Program-made: the position numbers and the translations under genes
The notes under the pieces: generated by a model
Told to the model about the DNA's origin: nothing
Seen by the model: the letters and a program-made list of their open reading frames with translations, nothing else
The model's database searches: none
IMG/VR virus record: IMGVR_UViG_3300027673_000002
Span: 62,001-83,496 of that record
Origin: an uncultured virus (IMG/VR IMGVR_UViG_3300027673_000002)
Taxonomy: Duplodnaviria; Heunggongvirae; Uroviricota; Caudoviricetes
Length of the DNA: 21,496 bases
Strand: one strand, 5' to 3'
In this document: positions 11,127-20,503 of the stretch, in pieces
How positions within the stretch are numbered: the first letter of the stretch is position 1
Layout: the number at the start of each line of letters is the position of its first letter

Positions 11127-13364
11127 ATGAGCATCAAGGTCAAGCAAGGCGGCGCGTATGCCGACATCGTGGGGGCTTTCGTCAAGCAGGGCGGCACGTA
11201 CGGCGCCGCGTCTGTGTTTGCGAAAGTCGCTGGGGCTTATCAGGCTGTGGGAGGTGGGGGCGCGCCGCCCCTGCCGACTGTGGCCGAAATTCTCGCAACC
11301 TACGGCGCTGACGCTCATATGTGGATTGCCGGTGTTGGCGAGGTCAATGGCTTCGATGCCGAGAACTGGCTGAACAGCAACTTCACGGGCACCGCAGCCG
11401 TCGGGTCCACTGTTGGCTCAGTGGGTAATGTCGCAGAAGGCGTGGTCACTTTGTCTCAAGGTACTGCGGGCAGCAGGCCCACGCTTCGTCAGTCGGCGGC
11501 AGTTTTTGGCTGGGAGTTCGACGGCATCGACGACGTGCTGACCATGAGCGCCGCGCCGTTCAGCTTCCCGAACGATGTCACCTGCATCTTAGGGGCGACT
11601 CCTACAACGCACACCACTGACAAAACGCTGTTTTCTCTGCGAGGAGCAACAAGCCGCTTTGAGATAACTCACACCACATCAAATCGATTCCGCTTTAATT
11701 GGAACATCCCAAGCGGATCTTTTATTACGCCACCAGAGGTGGTCGTTGACCAGCCCGCCGTTGTCACGTGCATCAACCTCACTAACAATGTGCAAATGCG
11801 TGTGAATGGCGGTGGCGTCGGAGATAACTTCCTCGCAACGCCCACTTTCACTACAAACCAGAACCATATAGGAGCAACCAACGGCGGATCGTTTGGTTCT
11901 CGATATAAAGGGCAAATTCACTGCGTCATCTTGATTCGAGCCCAAGTAACTTTTCAGGAGTTGAAAGTCCTTGAGCAGTTTGCGGCGGTGCTGTCTGGCG
12001 CAACAATATCGCAGCAAGGAGTTCCCACCTACTTCGAAACAGCGCCCTTGCTTGCTGGCCTGATGGGTAACTACACTACTTCTGGTGCACGCTACCCTTT
12101 GTACCGAGATGAATCGGCTTTGTTTTTAAATATAAAAGCGGAGCGTGCGACGTTGTTTTGCCGGGCGGGAGACACGACCCCTTATCTAGTCATGGTTGAC
12201 CGTTTGGATTTTCCAAATTGGACATTGCCTTCCGTTCTTGATCAGTCAGGAGCAGTCACGACAAACCCAGGCGACATTCGAAAAATTGATTTGTTCAATG
12301 GCGAAAACCTAGAGCGTCAAGTCTTGCTGTTTTCCGAGAACTCCGATTTTGGACAGAGCCTTGGAAGCGACGAAGGAAAGCTGCTTGCCCTCTACGGTGA
12401 AAATGTGAGTGTGTCTCCGGTCGGCACGCGCTACTACTGCGCCGACCCGGCATTTCCCGGAGTCATAACTAACCCGACGCTGCCCAATTCGGGCAAGTTG
12501 CCGAACTTCCCGCAGTTGACCAATGGCGCCCAGTGGAGTCCCGGTCGGCACGTCGGCAGTGTGCATTTCCGCGCACGTTTCACAGAAATGTACATCTTTT
12601 GCGCTAACAGTCAAGTTGAGGTGTCGGTTGATGGCCAGCCATTTCAAAGGTATTCGCTAACACCGGAATACACGATAGTCACCAGATCACAAAATTGGCG
12701 CAAGCTACCAATAACGGGAAACGGCACTGTACAGAGCGTCATCATTTCTGGGTCTGGCAGTTTCAGCGGAAACGGCGTGGACGGCGTGATAACGGGGGTT
12801 TTGCTCACGGGGCCGGGGCACGAGGTTCTGGCTCCCGCAGGCACCCGTCGGCACGTTGTTCAGTTTGGAGCTTCGCAGACTGAAGGCGTAGAGGCGCAGG
12901 GTTTGATTGACCTGCACTTAGCGCAAGATCGTTTGCCGATATATGCCCTGTCTGCTGGGGAAGCGGGAAGAAGTGTTAGGCAGGCTGTCGAAGACGCAAA
13001 CGGGTTTGATGCGTGGGCGGCGCAAGTCACCAGCAAAGACATACTACTGATTTCCCTTGGCATCAACGACGTTACGGACGACAACGTCTTTCAGTCGAAC
13101 TACGAGCTTCTGATTTCAAAGGCTTTGGCTGCTGGCTTTAACCGCGTGCTTTGCCAAGGGCTGGGGTTTCCACCCAGCGGATGGGCTGGCAGAAATAGCC
13201 GCATTGCTGCTGCTGTTGCCAACGCGGCGAACCCCAATGTTCTCTACATGAACATTGATTCATGGGCGGGCGATTACGGGCCTGTGGGTGTCCACCCCAC
13301 ACGCGACGGCTACTTGCTTAAAGCGCAGTACATGGTGGATCAATACGCTTCGTTTTTCGTATGA
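11127..13364 (+). CDS. Putative virion spike/adhesin: LamG-like lectin domain plus C-terminal SGNH/GDSL esterase
   Basis: N-terminal KVKQGGAY-type repeats; QGTAGSRPTL...FDGIDDVL (LamG-like); VQFGASQTEG, LGIND and GVHP (SGNH blocks I, III, V). Confidence 0.75.
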   Translation: MSIKVKQGGAYADIVGAFVKQGGTYGAASVFAKVAGAYQAVGGGGAPPLPTVAEILATYGADAHMWIAGVGEVNGFDAENWLNSNFTGTAAVGSTVGSVGNVAEGVVTLSQGTAGSRPTLRQSAAVFGWEFDGIDDVLTMSAAPFSFPNDVTCILGATPTTHTTDKTLFSLRGATSRFEITHTTSNRFRFNWNIPSGSFITPPEVVVDQPAVVTCINLTNNVQMRVNGGGVGDNFLATPTFTTNQNHIGATNGGSFGSRYKGQIHCVILIRAQVTFQELKVLEQFAAVLSGATISQQGVPTYFETAPLLAGLMGNYTTSGARYPLYRDESALFLNIKAERATLFCRAGDTTPYLVMVDRLDFPNWTLPSVLDQSGAVTTNPGDIRKIDLFNGENLERQVLLFSENSDFGQSLGSDEGKLLALYGENVSVSPVGTRYYCADPAFPGVITNPTLPNSGKLPNFPQLTNGAQWSPGRHVGSVHFRARFTEMYIFCANSQVEVSVDGQPFQRYSLTPEYTIVTRSQNWRKLPITGNGTVQSVIISGSGSFSGNGVDGVITGVLLTGPGHEVLAPAGTRRHVVQFGASQTEGVEAQGLIDLHLAQDRLPIYALSAGEAGRSVRQAVEDANGFDAWAAQVTSKDILLISLGINDVTDDNVFQSNYELLISKALAAGFNRVLCQGLGFPPSGWAGRNSRIAAAVANAANPNVLYMNIDSWAGDYGPVGVHPTRDGYLLKAQYMVDQYASFFV

Positions 13365-13438
13365 CCCTCCTATCCATCTGGCTGATCTGCGCCCTGATCG
13401 TGTGCCGGTTCTTCTGGTGTGCGAGTGGGAGGCGGTAA
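13361..13438 (+). CDS. 25-aa hydrophobic peptide MTLLSIWLICALIVCRFFWCASGRR
   Basis: ATGA overlap with the spike-gene stop; one TM-like stretch and a basic C-terminus; same GC-rich composition as the spike gene. Confidence 0.5.
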   Translation: MTLLSIWLICALIVCRFFWCASGRR

Positions 13439-13463
13439 TCTCTAAAGATCACCTACCTTAGTG

Positions 13464-13624
13464 ACCGAGTTGTTTCGGTTAAAACATCCCTCGGTGACGC
13501 GAAGCGAGGTAACAAAGGGCTTACTAACCCTTGGGCAACTACCGCCATTGGTTGTCGTAAATGAGCGCCTGTTCAGTACGCGGTGAAGGGGAAACGTTCA
13601 CGCTGGAATCGTAACCAGCTTTTA
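13464..13624 (+). ncRNA. Putative structured RNA upstream of terS
   Basis: Successive stems ACCGAG/CTCGGT (enclosing TGTTT/AAACA), AAGGG/CCCTT, GCAACTA/TGGTTGT, GTGAA/TTCAC, GCTGG/CCAGC. Confidence 0.45.
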
Positions 13625-13670
13625 TTCGTATGTGCTAATATTAGCTTATACAAATATTAAGGAGAATAAT

Positions 13671-14030
13671 ATGTTCGAAAAAGGTAAATCGGGTAACCCC
13701 AAAGGTAGACCCAAAAAGAGTGAATCCTTCGGTGATTCTCTGACAAATAGACAATTAAAAGAACGAGAACTACTAATGCTCCTTCGTAAGATTAAGCCGC
13801 ACGTAGCTGAAGCTATTATGTCCGCTGCTAAAATTATGAAGGATTCTAGCGCATCGCATCAAAGTCAGCTAAAAGCAGCTACTGTTTTACTAGATCACTA
13901 TCGTCGCCTAACCTTAGACCTTTACGATGGCGCTGACCCTGATGAAGAAGGTGAAGAAATCCAGCAGCAGAACGCTCCTGTGTTTTCACTGCGAGTTCTA
14001 GATTCAGATTCTGAGGATAAGGCTGCTTAA
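13671..14030 (+). CDS. terS: Terminase small subunit (DUF5681-type N-terminus); start re-assigned from 13632
   Basis: AAGGAG RBS before ATG 13671; FEKGKSGNPKGRPK motif; TAATG overlap with terL. Confidence 0.75.
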   Translation: MFEKGKSGNPKGRPKKSESFGDSLTNRQLKERELLMLLRKIKPHVAEAIMSAAKIMKDSSASHQSQLKAATVLLDHYRRLTLDLYDGADPDEEGEEIQQQNAPVFSLRVLDSDSEDKAA

Positions 14031-15535
14031 TGAAAAGAAAAGCAAACCCTCAAACATCGCAAAAGCAAGATGTAGTGTTTGCACCAGCTTCTCCTGCACA
14101 GGAACAATTCTTAAATAGTGATTCCGACATTACTTTTTATGGTGGGGCGGCTGGGGCTGGCAAATCGCTATGCTTACTTGGTTCTTTTTTGAAGTTCTGT
14201 CATCACCCTCGTACCCGTGGGGTAATATTTAGAAAAACAACAAAGCAAATCTCTAACCCCGGTGGTTTATTTGACTCTGCTGTTAACTTGTTCAAAAAGG
14301 TAGACCCTAAAATAAGAATCAAAGCTCGTGATCTTGAGATTATATTCTCAAGTGGAGCGGAGTTAAAATTCGCTTACCTTGACTCACCTAAAGACAAGTA
14401 CAACTTTCAAGGTGCTGAATTAACCTTCATTGGATTTGATGAAATCCAGCAACTCACAGAAGATAACGTAATGTATCTTCTATCTCGTCTTCGTTCTACT
14501 AGCGTAGACTACAAGAAGCAAGTTGTAGCTACAGGTAACCCTGACTATGATAGCTTTATTCGTCATTGGGTTGAGTTTGCTCTAGATGAACGCGGTATCC
14601 CTATTCGTAAAGATGTATATCCTACTCGCTACATGATTCAAGTAGCTGGTGGTAAGATCGAATGGAGAGACACTAAAGAAGAGCTTGAGGAAATCTACGG
14701 TAAGGGTGATGAAAGCGGCATTCTGTCGTTTAAATTCATTCCCGGTACTATCTACGATAATCCTCCGCTGATGAAAGCAGACCCAACTTACATTTCTAAG
14801 TTGAAGTCTCTTCCTCGCGTTGAAATGGAAAGACTATTGCTAGGTTCTTGGTATGCAAGACCCGAAGCTTCTGGACTGTGGAAGCGAGAGTGGTGTCAGA
14901 TTGTCAAGCATCCAAACGGTAGAGCGAAACAAAGAGTTCGAGCATGGGACTTGGCTTTTACTAAACCATCGGAGCAATACCCTAACCCTGACTGGACTAG
15001 AGGTGTTTTAATCTCTAAAGACCCTTCTAAAGTTTATACTGTAGAAGATGTTCGGAGTATGCGAGATAGGGTTCATGAAGTTGAACGCTTAATCTTCGAG
15101 ACAGCTATCTCTGATGGTCAGGACGTGGTGATTAGTATACCACAAGACCCCGCTGCCGCTGCTGGAGCTTATGCAAAAGACCTGCAACGTAAGTTATCAG
15201 AAATGGGATTTACTGTCAGGTTGTCTAAGCCCGTTAAGTCCAAAGTAACTAGGTTTGCTCCTTTCAGTAGTTTAACTCAAGCTGGCTTCGTCAATGTCGT
15301 AGAAGCCGATTGGAATAAAGCTTTCTTTGATGAGTTAGAAGTATTCGATGGTGATCCTAAGAAAAAGGACGATATCTGTGATTGTTGCTCGGATTGTATG
15401 CTTATCTTAAACAGAGAAATGCTACTACCTGCTTTTAATTTACCAACTGATTTTACTACAACCGCTAACTTCGGTTTTCAAAATACAGACTTACCCGTAG
15501 ATATGGTTGCGGGTTTACCAAACGGATTTAACTAA
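14030..15535 (+). CDS. terL: Terminase large subunit
   Basis: Walker A GGAAGAGKS, Walker B IGFDE, coupling motif ATGNP, nuclease AWDLA...KDDICD. Confidence 0.95.
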   Translation: MKRKANPQTSQKQDVVFAPASPAQEQFLNSDSDITFYGGAAGAGKSLCLLGSFLKFCHHPRTRGVIFRKTTKQISNPGGLFDSAVNLFKKVDPKIRIKARDLEIIFSSGAELKFAYLDSPKDKYNFQGAELTFIGFDEIQQLTEDNVMYLLSRLRSTSVDYKKQVVATGNPDYDSFIRHWVEFALDERGIPIRKDVYPTRYMIQVAGGKIEWRDTKEELEEIYGKGDESGILSFKFIPGTIYDNPPLMKADPTYISKLKSLPRVEMERLLLGSWYARPEASGLWKREWCQIVKHPNGRAKQRVRAWDLAFTKPSEQYPNPDWTRGVLISKDPSKVYTVEDVRSMRDRVHEVERLIFETAISDGQDVVISIPQDPAAAAGAYAKDLQRKLSEMGFTVRLSKPVKSKVTRFAPFSSLTQAGFVNVVEADWNKAFFDELEVFDGDPKKKDDICDCCSDCMLILNREMLLPAFNLPTDFTTTANFGFQNTDLPVDMVAGLPNGFN

Positions 15536-15546
15536 GGAGTGCTTTA

Positions 15547-17010
15547 ATGCCTACTGCTAGAAATAGACAAGCTCTTAGCGATGAGAAATTAGAAAGATTT
15601 AAACTAGGAGAAACTGGTTATTCCGGACTTAGTATTTTCAACGGTGTATCCAAAGATGAGTTAAAGCGAGAGCTTACTTGGCCTCATAGTATTAAGACAT
15701 ACAAACAAATGTCTTATCATAGTACTATTACTTCAGCTTTGACTCTTTTTGAAAATATTATTGGTAAGGTTGACTTCAAAGTTATCCCACCAGTTAATGC
15801 AACTGAGGAAGAAAAAAATCAAGCCAGAATTATATCTGAAATGATGCATGACATGGACCACACGTTCAGTGACTTCATTAAAGAGGTACTGAGTATGAAC
15901 GTGTATGGTTTTTCCGTGCATGAGAAAGTATTCCGTAGACGATTAAAGGAAAGCGGTAGTAAATACAATGATGGTTTAATTGGTTGGAAAAAGTTACCAA
16001 TTAGAAACCAAGAAAGTATTGAAAAGTTCATCTTTTCGGATGATGGTAATGAAATTCTAGGTGTTAAACAAAACCTTACAATGATTAGCGACTCTTATAG
16101 TCGGTTTACAAACCGATTAGTTAAAGAGGTTAGCTTGCCGATTAAAAAGGTTTTGCTTTTCCGCGCAGGTAGGCACAAAGGTGACCCCTTCGGTAAATCC
16201 ATGCTTCGTGATGCGTACCTAGCTTGGCGTTATCTTACTGCTCTAGAAGAGATTGAAGCTAATGGTGTAGCACGCGACCTGCAAGGTATGCCTGTTATCA
16301 AGATTCCTCCTCAGTACATGTCTGCTGATGCTAGTCCAGAACAAAAGGCTATTTACGAATACTACAAAAACGTAATCCGTAATATTCAGATGAATAGTCA
16401 GTCTGGTTTGATTCTTCCTCAAGCTTTTGATCCCGAGACAAGGCAACCACTGTTTGATATTAGTCTACTATCTACAGAAGGTAAAAAGAACTTTGACACC
16501 ACAAAGGTTAAAGACTACTACAAGAATTTGATTTACACCAGCATGTTTGCTGATATTCTTCAACTAGGTCAAGGTCAGACAGGTTCATTTGCGCTAGGTC
16601 AGTTGAAAAACAGTCTTACTGGTTCTGCTGCTGAAGCAATGCTTCGTAGTATCATGGACGTAATCAATAATGACTTGATTCGTATGACTTATGAATTGAA
16701 TAATTGGGATACTTCTAGAATGTCTATGATTGATTTTGATAATCTAGAAACAGTTGACCTAGAAGCGTTCTCTAAAGCAATTCAGCGTTATGCGTCTGTA
16801 TCTGGTTTAGAAATGGATCGCCCTGCTCTGAATCGAATCCGTGAAAGCGTAGGTATTGATAAGCTTCCTGATGATGCTGAGCCGATGCTTGAGTATTTAC
16901 CTAATTATTCAAGCAGATCGGGTGATGGTATGACTACACCGGGTGAAGGTACTAGTACTGAGGTGTCCGGAGAAGATACCTCAAGTAATAACTTAGAGAA
17001 TTCTGGTTAA
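15547..17010 (+). CDS. Portal protein (DUF935/rV5-like)
   Basis: Follows terL; YGFSVHEKVF, PFGKSMLRDAY, GVARDLQGMP, GSFAL motifs. Confidence 0.9.
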   Translation: MPTARNRQALSDEKLERFKLGETGYSGLSIFNGVSKDELKRELTWPHSIKTYKQMSYHSTITSALTLFENIIGKVDFKVIPPVNATEEEKNQARIISEMMHDMDHTFSDFIKEVLSMNVYGFSVHEKVFRRRLKESGSKYNDGLIGWKKLPIRNQESIEKFIFSDDGNEILGVKQNLTMISDSYSRFTNRLVKEVSLPIKKVLLFRAGRHKGDPFGKSMLRDAYLAWRYLTALEEIEANGVARDLQGMPVIKIPPQYMSADASPEQKAIYEYYKNVIRNIQMNSQSGLILPQAFDPETRQPLFDISLLSTEGKKNFDTTKVKDYYKNLIYTSMFADILQLGQGQTGSFALGQLKNSLTGSAAEAMLRSIMDVINNDLIRMTYELNNWDTSRMSMIDFDNLETVDLEAFSKAIQRYASVSGLEMDRPALNRIRESVGIDKLPDDAEPMLEYLPNYSSRSGDGMTTPGEGTSTEVSGEDTSSNNLENSG

Positions 17011-17014
17011 ATCC

Positions 17015-17043
17015 TTGAAACTGTAATATTTATATGCTATAAT
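17015..17043 (+). promoter_or_regulatory. Sigma70 promoter after portal
   Basis: TTGAAA-17-TATAAT with extended TG. Confidence 0.8.
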
Positions 17044-17051
17044 TGTAAAAT

Positions 17052-17077
17052 ACCCTGCCTTTAATCCGGCAGGGTTT
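17052..17077 (+). terminator. GC-rich hairpin (terminator for upstream operon or 5' leader stem)
   Basis: ACCCTGCC-tttaatcc-GGCAGGGT with only a short T run. Confidence 0.5.
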
Positions 17078-17098
17078 CCTGTTATTAGAAAGACCAAG

Positions 17099-17455
17099 AT
17101 GCCAGCAGCAAAATACGACTTATATATCGAACAAGGTGTTCCTTTTAAAGAAACCTTAGTTTTACAGGATGACAATGCTCAACCATTAAACCTAACAGGT
17201 TATTCTGCTCGTATGCAGATTAGACCTTTTGTTAGTTCAAATGTTGTGCTGGTTGACGCCTCTACTCTAAATTCTAAAATTGAGATTGAAGCACTTGACG
17301 GTATTGTCAAAATAGAACTTTCTGAATCAGACACGGAATTACTAATTTTCACTAGCTCTGTTTACGATTTAGAGTTAGTGAATAATCTAGGTGAAACAAT
17401 TAGACTAATCGAAGGTAAAGTTATAGTATCTTTGCAAGTTACTAGGGGGGTATAA
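17099..17455 (+). CDS. Virion Ig-like adapter (LtfC/BppU-like)
   Basis: YDLYIEQG..F, PLNLTGYSARMQIR, YDLEL...RLIEGKVIVS pattern. Confidence 0.75.
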   Translation: MPAAKYDLYIEQGVPFKETLVLQDDNAQPLNLTGYSARMQIRPFVSSNVVLVDASTLNSKIEIEALDGIVKIELSESDTELLIFTSSVYDLELVNNLGETIRLIEGKVIVSLQVTRGV

Positions 17456-17934
17456 TGATTGGTATAACCATCAGAAACAACCAGAGTACTAATATTGAGA
17501 TAACTACAACTGGTCCTAAGATAGTAACACCGGTTCAGAATCCACCCGTTGTAATACCACAACCGGTAATCTCCAAGATATTCGAGTGGAGAGGGTTTTG
17601 GCAATCGTCTGTAACTTACGAAAAAGATGATGTAGTTTTCTTTCAAGGTTCTTCTTTTATTTGTGTAGTTTCTCACATTTCAACATCTTCATTTGATTCT
17701 CAGTTTTGGGAACTAATGGCTCAAGGTGCAAGTGCATCTGATTCTTTCTATTTGCACGAACAACCAAGTGCCTCGGATAGTTGGGTGATTGATCATAATC
17801 TAGGTAAATACCCTAGTGTAACAATTGTGGATTCTTCAAACGAAGAATGCGAAGGTAACGTTCTTCACGTTAGCTTAAATAGAGTAATCGTTTCATTTTC
17901 TGCGGCATTCAGTGGCCGTGCATTCCTAAATTAA
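17455..17934 (+). CDS. Virion protein with CBM5/12-like module and HNLG domain
   Basis: WRGFWQSSVTYEKDDVVFFQGSSFIC; HEQ..ASDSWVIDHNLGKYPSV...FSGRAFLN. Confidence 0.75.
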   Translation: MIGITIRNNQSTNIEITTTGPKIVTPVQNPPVVIPQPVISKIFEWRGFWQSSVTYEKDDVVFFQGSSFICVVSHISTSSFDSQFWELMAQGASASDSFYLHEQPSASDSWVIDHNLGKYPSVTIVDSSNEECEGNVLHVSLNRVIVSFSAAFSGRAFLN

Positions 17935-17946
17935 AAGGAGCCATAA

Positions 17947-18930
17947 ATGGCAAAGAAGTTTTTAGTCAGTATTGACCTAGCCCGTAATGAAATTCAAAAC
18001 GCAGTAGCTCAAGTACTAGCTGCTGCGCCCGGTAGTCCTGTTCCCGGTCAGTTTTACTACAACAGTACAACGGGTCGATTTGAATTCAGAGGTGCGTCCG
18101 CTTGGATTGACCCAACTGCTCGTTCTAACCATACAGGTACTCAGACAGCTAGTACTATTTCCGACTTTGATACTCAGGTACGTACAAACCGTCTAGATCA
18201 ATTAGCGGCTCCAACTGCTGCTCTTTCTGTAAACAACCAGCGGATTACTAACCTAGCAACACCTACATCTGACTCCGACGCGGCTACCAAAGGTTATGTA
18301 GATGCATTGGTTAACGGTACAGATTGGAAACAAAGCGTTCGTGTAGCTACTACAGCAAACATTACGCTATCTGGTCTACAAACTATTGATGGGGTTTCAG
18401 TATTAGCTGGTGACCGGGTATTAGTTAAGAATCAAACTACCGGTAACCAAAACGGTATTTATGTAGCTGCATCTGGTGCATGGACTCGCTCTACTGACGC
18501 AGACGCTAACGCTGAAGTTACTGCGGGTCTAGCTGTAATGGTTACCGAAGGTACTTCTCAAGCGGATACTCAGTGGGTTCTGGCTACAAACGATCCTATT
18601 GTAATCGGTACAACCGCTCTTACATTTAACCAAATTGGTGCGGGTTCTTCGTTTACTCAGGGTAACGGTATCAATATCGCTGGTAACGTAATTAGCGTAG
18701 ACACAGCAGTAGTTGTACGCAAATTTGCCCAAACTTTCGGTAACGGCTCAGCAACAAGTTTTGCTTTGACTCACAACCTTAACACTCTTGACGTTCAGGT
18801 TCAAATTTACGAAGTAGCCACTGGTGAAACTGTAGAGTGCGATGTTACCCGTAACAGTGTAAACCAAGTCACTGTTGTTACGGCTGTAGCCCCAACTAGC
18901 AACTCCCTTCGTGCTGTAGTTCAGGGGTAA
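17947..18930 (+). CDS. Fibre protein (head/tail fibre)
   Basis: NLATPTSDSDAATKGYVD, WKQSVRVATTANITLSGLQTIDGV...GDRVLVKNQ...NGIY, C-terminal THNLNT domain; AAGGAG RBS. Confidence 0.85.
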   Translation: MAKKFLVSIDLARNEIQNAVAQVLAAAPGSPVPGQFYYNSTTGRFEFRGASAWIDPTARSNHTGTQTASTISDFDTQVRTNRLDQLAAPTAALSVNNQRITNLATPTSDSDAATKGYVDALVNGTDWKQSVRVATTANITLSGLQTIDGVSVLAGDRVLVKNQTTGNQNGIYVAASGAWTRSTDADANAEVTAGLAVMVTEGTSQADTQWVLATNDPIVIGTTALTFNQIGAGSSFTQGNGINIAGNVISVDTAVVVRKFAQTFGNGSATSFALTHNLNTLDVQVQIYEVATGETVECDVTRNSVNQVTVVTAVAPTSNSLRAVVQG

Positions 18931-18934
18931 TTAA

Positions 18935-19159
18935 ATGCCTAGAGACTTAAGCTTTAGACAACCACCTTCTCTTGCTGTAGCTGAGAATGCAAACACTCCT
19001 GTAGCTTCTATTGGTTCTGAAATATGGAGTACCGTTAGTAATAAAAAACTAGTTTGGAATGGTTCAGCTTGGGTCGATGCAATGGGTGTAAGTATTACGG
19101 TATCGACAACAGCACCACCTAATCCCGTCTTAAACCAATTATGGTTAGACATATCCTAA
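18935..19159 (+). CDS. Small fibre-associated protein (74 aa)
   Basis: GSEIWS...LVWNGSAW and VSTTAPPNPVLNQLWLD hinge motifs. Confidence 0.75.
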   Translation: MPRDLSFRQPPSLAVAENANTPVASIGSEIWSTVSNKKLVWNGSAWVDAMGVSITVSTTAPPNPVLNQLWLDIS

Positions 19160-19183
19160 TTGAAGATAAGCATTGGAGAATAA

Positions 19184-20020
19184 ATGGCAATTACAAACCG
19201 TGATCAGTTAATTGACGCATTAGCTAATGGAGCTAGTCGTATTGTTTTAGATAAAGCAAGTTTGTCTAACCAAGTTGCGGGTAGAATGTGCTCCTTATGG
19301 AGAGCTACAGGTCAACCGGCGCAGGCTGCAATTCCAACTGCTGCGCAACTTTGTACTAACAACTTAACTGGCGCTGTTCAGTTTGCTCAACAAACAGCAC
19401 CCTCTTTGAGTTATATTGCTCAGATAGCAGTTTTGGCTTCTAACAGTGCAATGTCTTGGGAAATTCATGATAGATTAGCTCACATGGGCGGTCTTGTTTT
19501 GAACGTCACCACCCTACAAACTACGAACCTACCTTTAGATTTAGAAGCTCTTGCTGTACCTTCTGAAAGAATTGGCGATTCAAACTATGGTGACGTACAA
19601 ACTTGGTTGGAAGTATACACAGACGGTGGCGCTACTGCTTCCAACGCTACTATTAACGTGACTTTTGATGATAACTCTACTGCTAACTTAAACACTTTAG
19701 CTGTTGGTGGTACTATTAGAGTTGGACATATGTTTTCAATTGACGCACTTCGTACACCGGCACAGCAAGGATTGAATATTAAGAGAATAAATAGTGTACA
19801 ACTATCCGCTAGTACTGGTACGGCTGGTAACTTTGGATTTACTTTTACTCGACCTCGTGCATATGTACCCACCCAATTAGCAAACTTAACGCAAACTTAT
19901 GATTGGGCACAATTAGGTTTACCCGCTGTACCGAATGGCAGTTGTTTACAATTTATGGTAGTTCCAAGTACAACCTCAAGCGGTACACTTCGAGGTGGCG
20001 GCAAGATTATTCACGGTTAA
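19184..20020 (+). CDS. Putative virion structural protein (278 aa)
   Basis: GGAG RBS; Ala/Thr/Gly-rich beta protein inside the fibre cassette. Confidence 0.75.
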   Translation: MAITNRDQLIDALANGASRIVLDKASLSNQVAGRMCSLWRATGQPAQAAIPTAAQLCTNNLTGAVQFAQQTAPSLSYIAQIAVLASNSAMSWEIHDRLAHMGGLVLNVTTLQTTNLPLDLEALAVPSERIGDSNYGDVQTWLEVYTDGGATASNATINVTFDDNSTANLNTLAVGGTIRVGHMFSIDALRTPAQQGLNIKRINSVQLSASTGTAGNFGFTFTRPRAYVPTQLANLTQTYDWAQLGLPAVPNGSCLQFMVVPSTTSSGTLRGGGKIIHG

Positions 20021-20032
20021 ACAGGAGATATT

Positions 20033-20503
20033 ATGCGAGTTTTACTAATTAAAGATAATCTAGTTGAGAATGTTATTTTCGCAGACAGTGTAGTTCGGGC
20101 ACAGAGTTTTTATCCGGGTTATATTGTCATGGAACAAACCGAACAACTTAACTCAGTTGGTCCGGGTTGGATTTATGATATTTCCGTAAACGAATTTTCT
20201 CCACCTGTAGTTGTTGAATTACCTCAAGACCGCAAAGTTACTCGCCTTGCTTTCCTTAATCGTTTCACAGACTCTGAAGCTATTTCAATTGACTTACTTT
20301 CAATTGGAGCTACTGTTCAAGCAGCAACTATGCGTAGATACATGCAAAAAGTAAATGCTGCTACTTTTATCGATCTAGATAGCGAAGAAACTAGAATGGG
20401 TGTAATGCAGTTAGAAGCTTTGGGTGTGATTGCACAAGGTAGGGCTTTAGAAATTCTAGATAATCCTGTACAACAAAACGAACGACCATCGGGGGTAATA
20501 TAA
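20033..20503 (+). CDS. Putative fibre assembly chaperone
   Basis: VENVI...GPGWIYD..F..P and VTRLAFLNRFT..E...RALEIL motifs of tail-fibre-assembly-like proteins; AGGAG RBS. Confidence 0.7.
   Translation: MRVLLIKDNLVENVIFADSVVRAQSFYPGYIVMEQTEQLNSVGPGWIYDISVNEFSPPVVVELPQDRKVTRLAFLNRFTDSEAISIDLLSIGATVQAATMRRYMQKVNAATFIDLDSEETRMGVMQLEALGVIAQGRALEILDNPVQQNERPSGVI

Noticed and set aside
14030..15535. Intein or intron in terL
   Set aside because: The 501-aa ORF is continuous with normally spaced ATPase and nuclease motifs.
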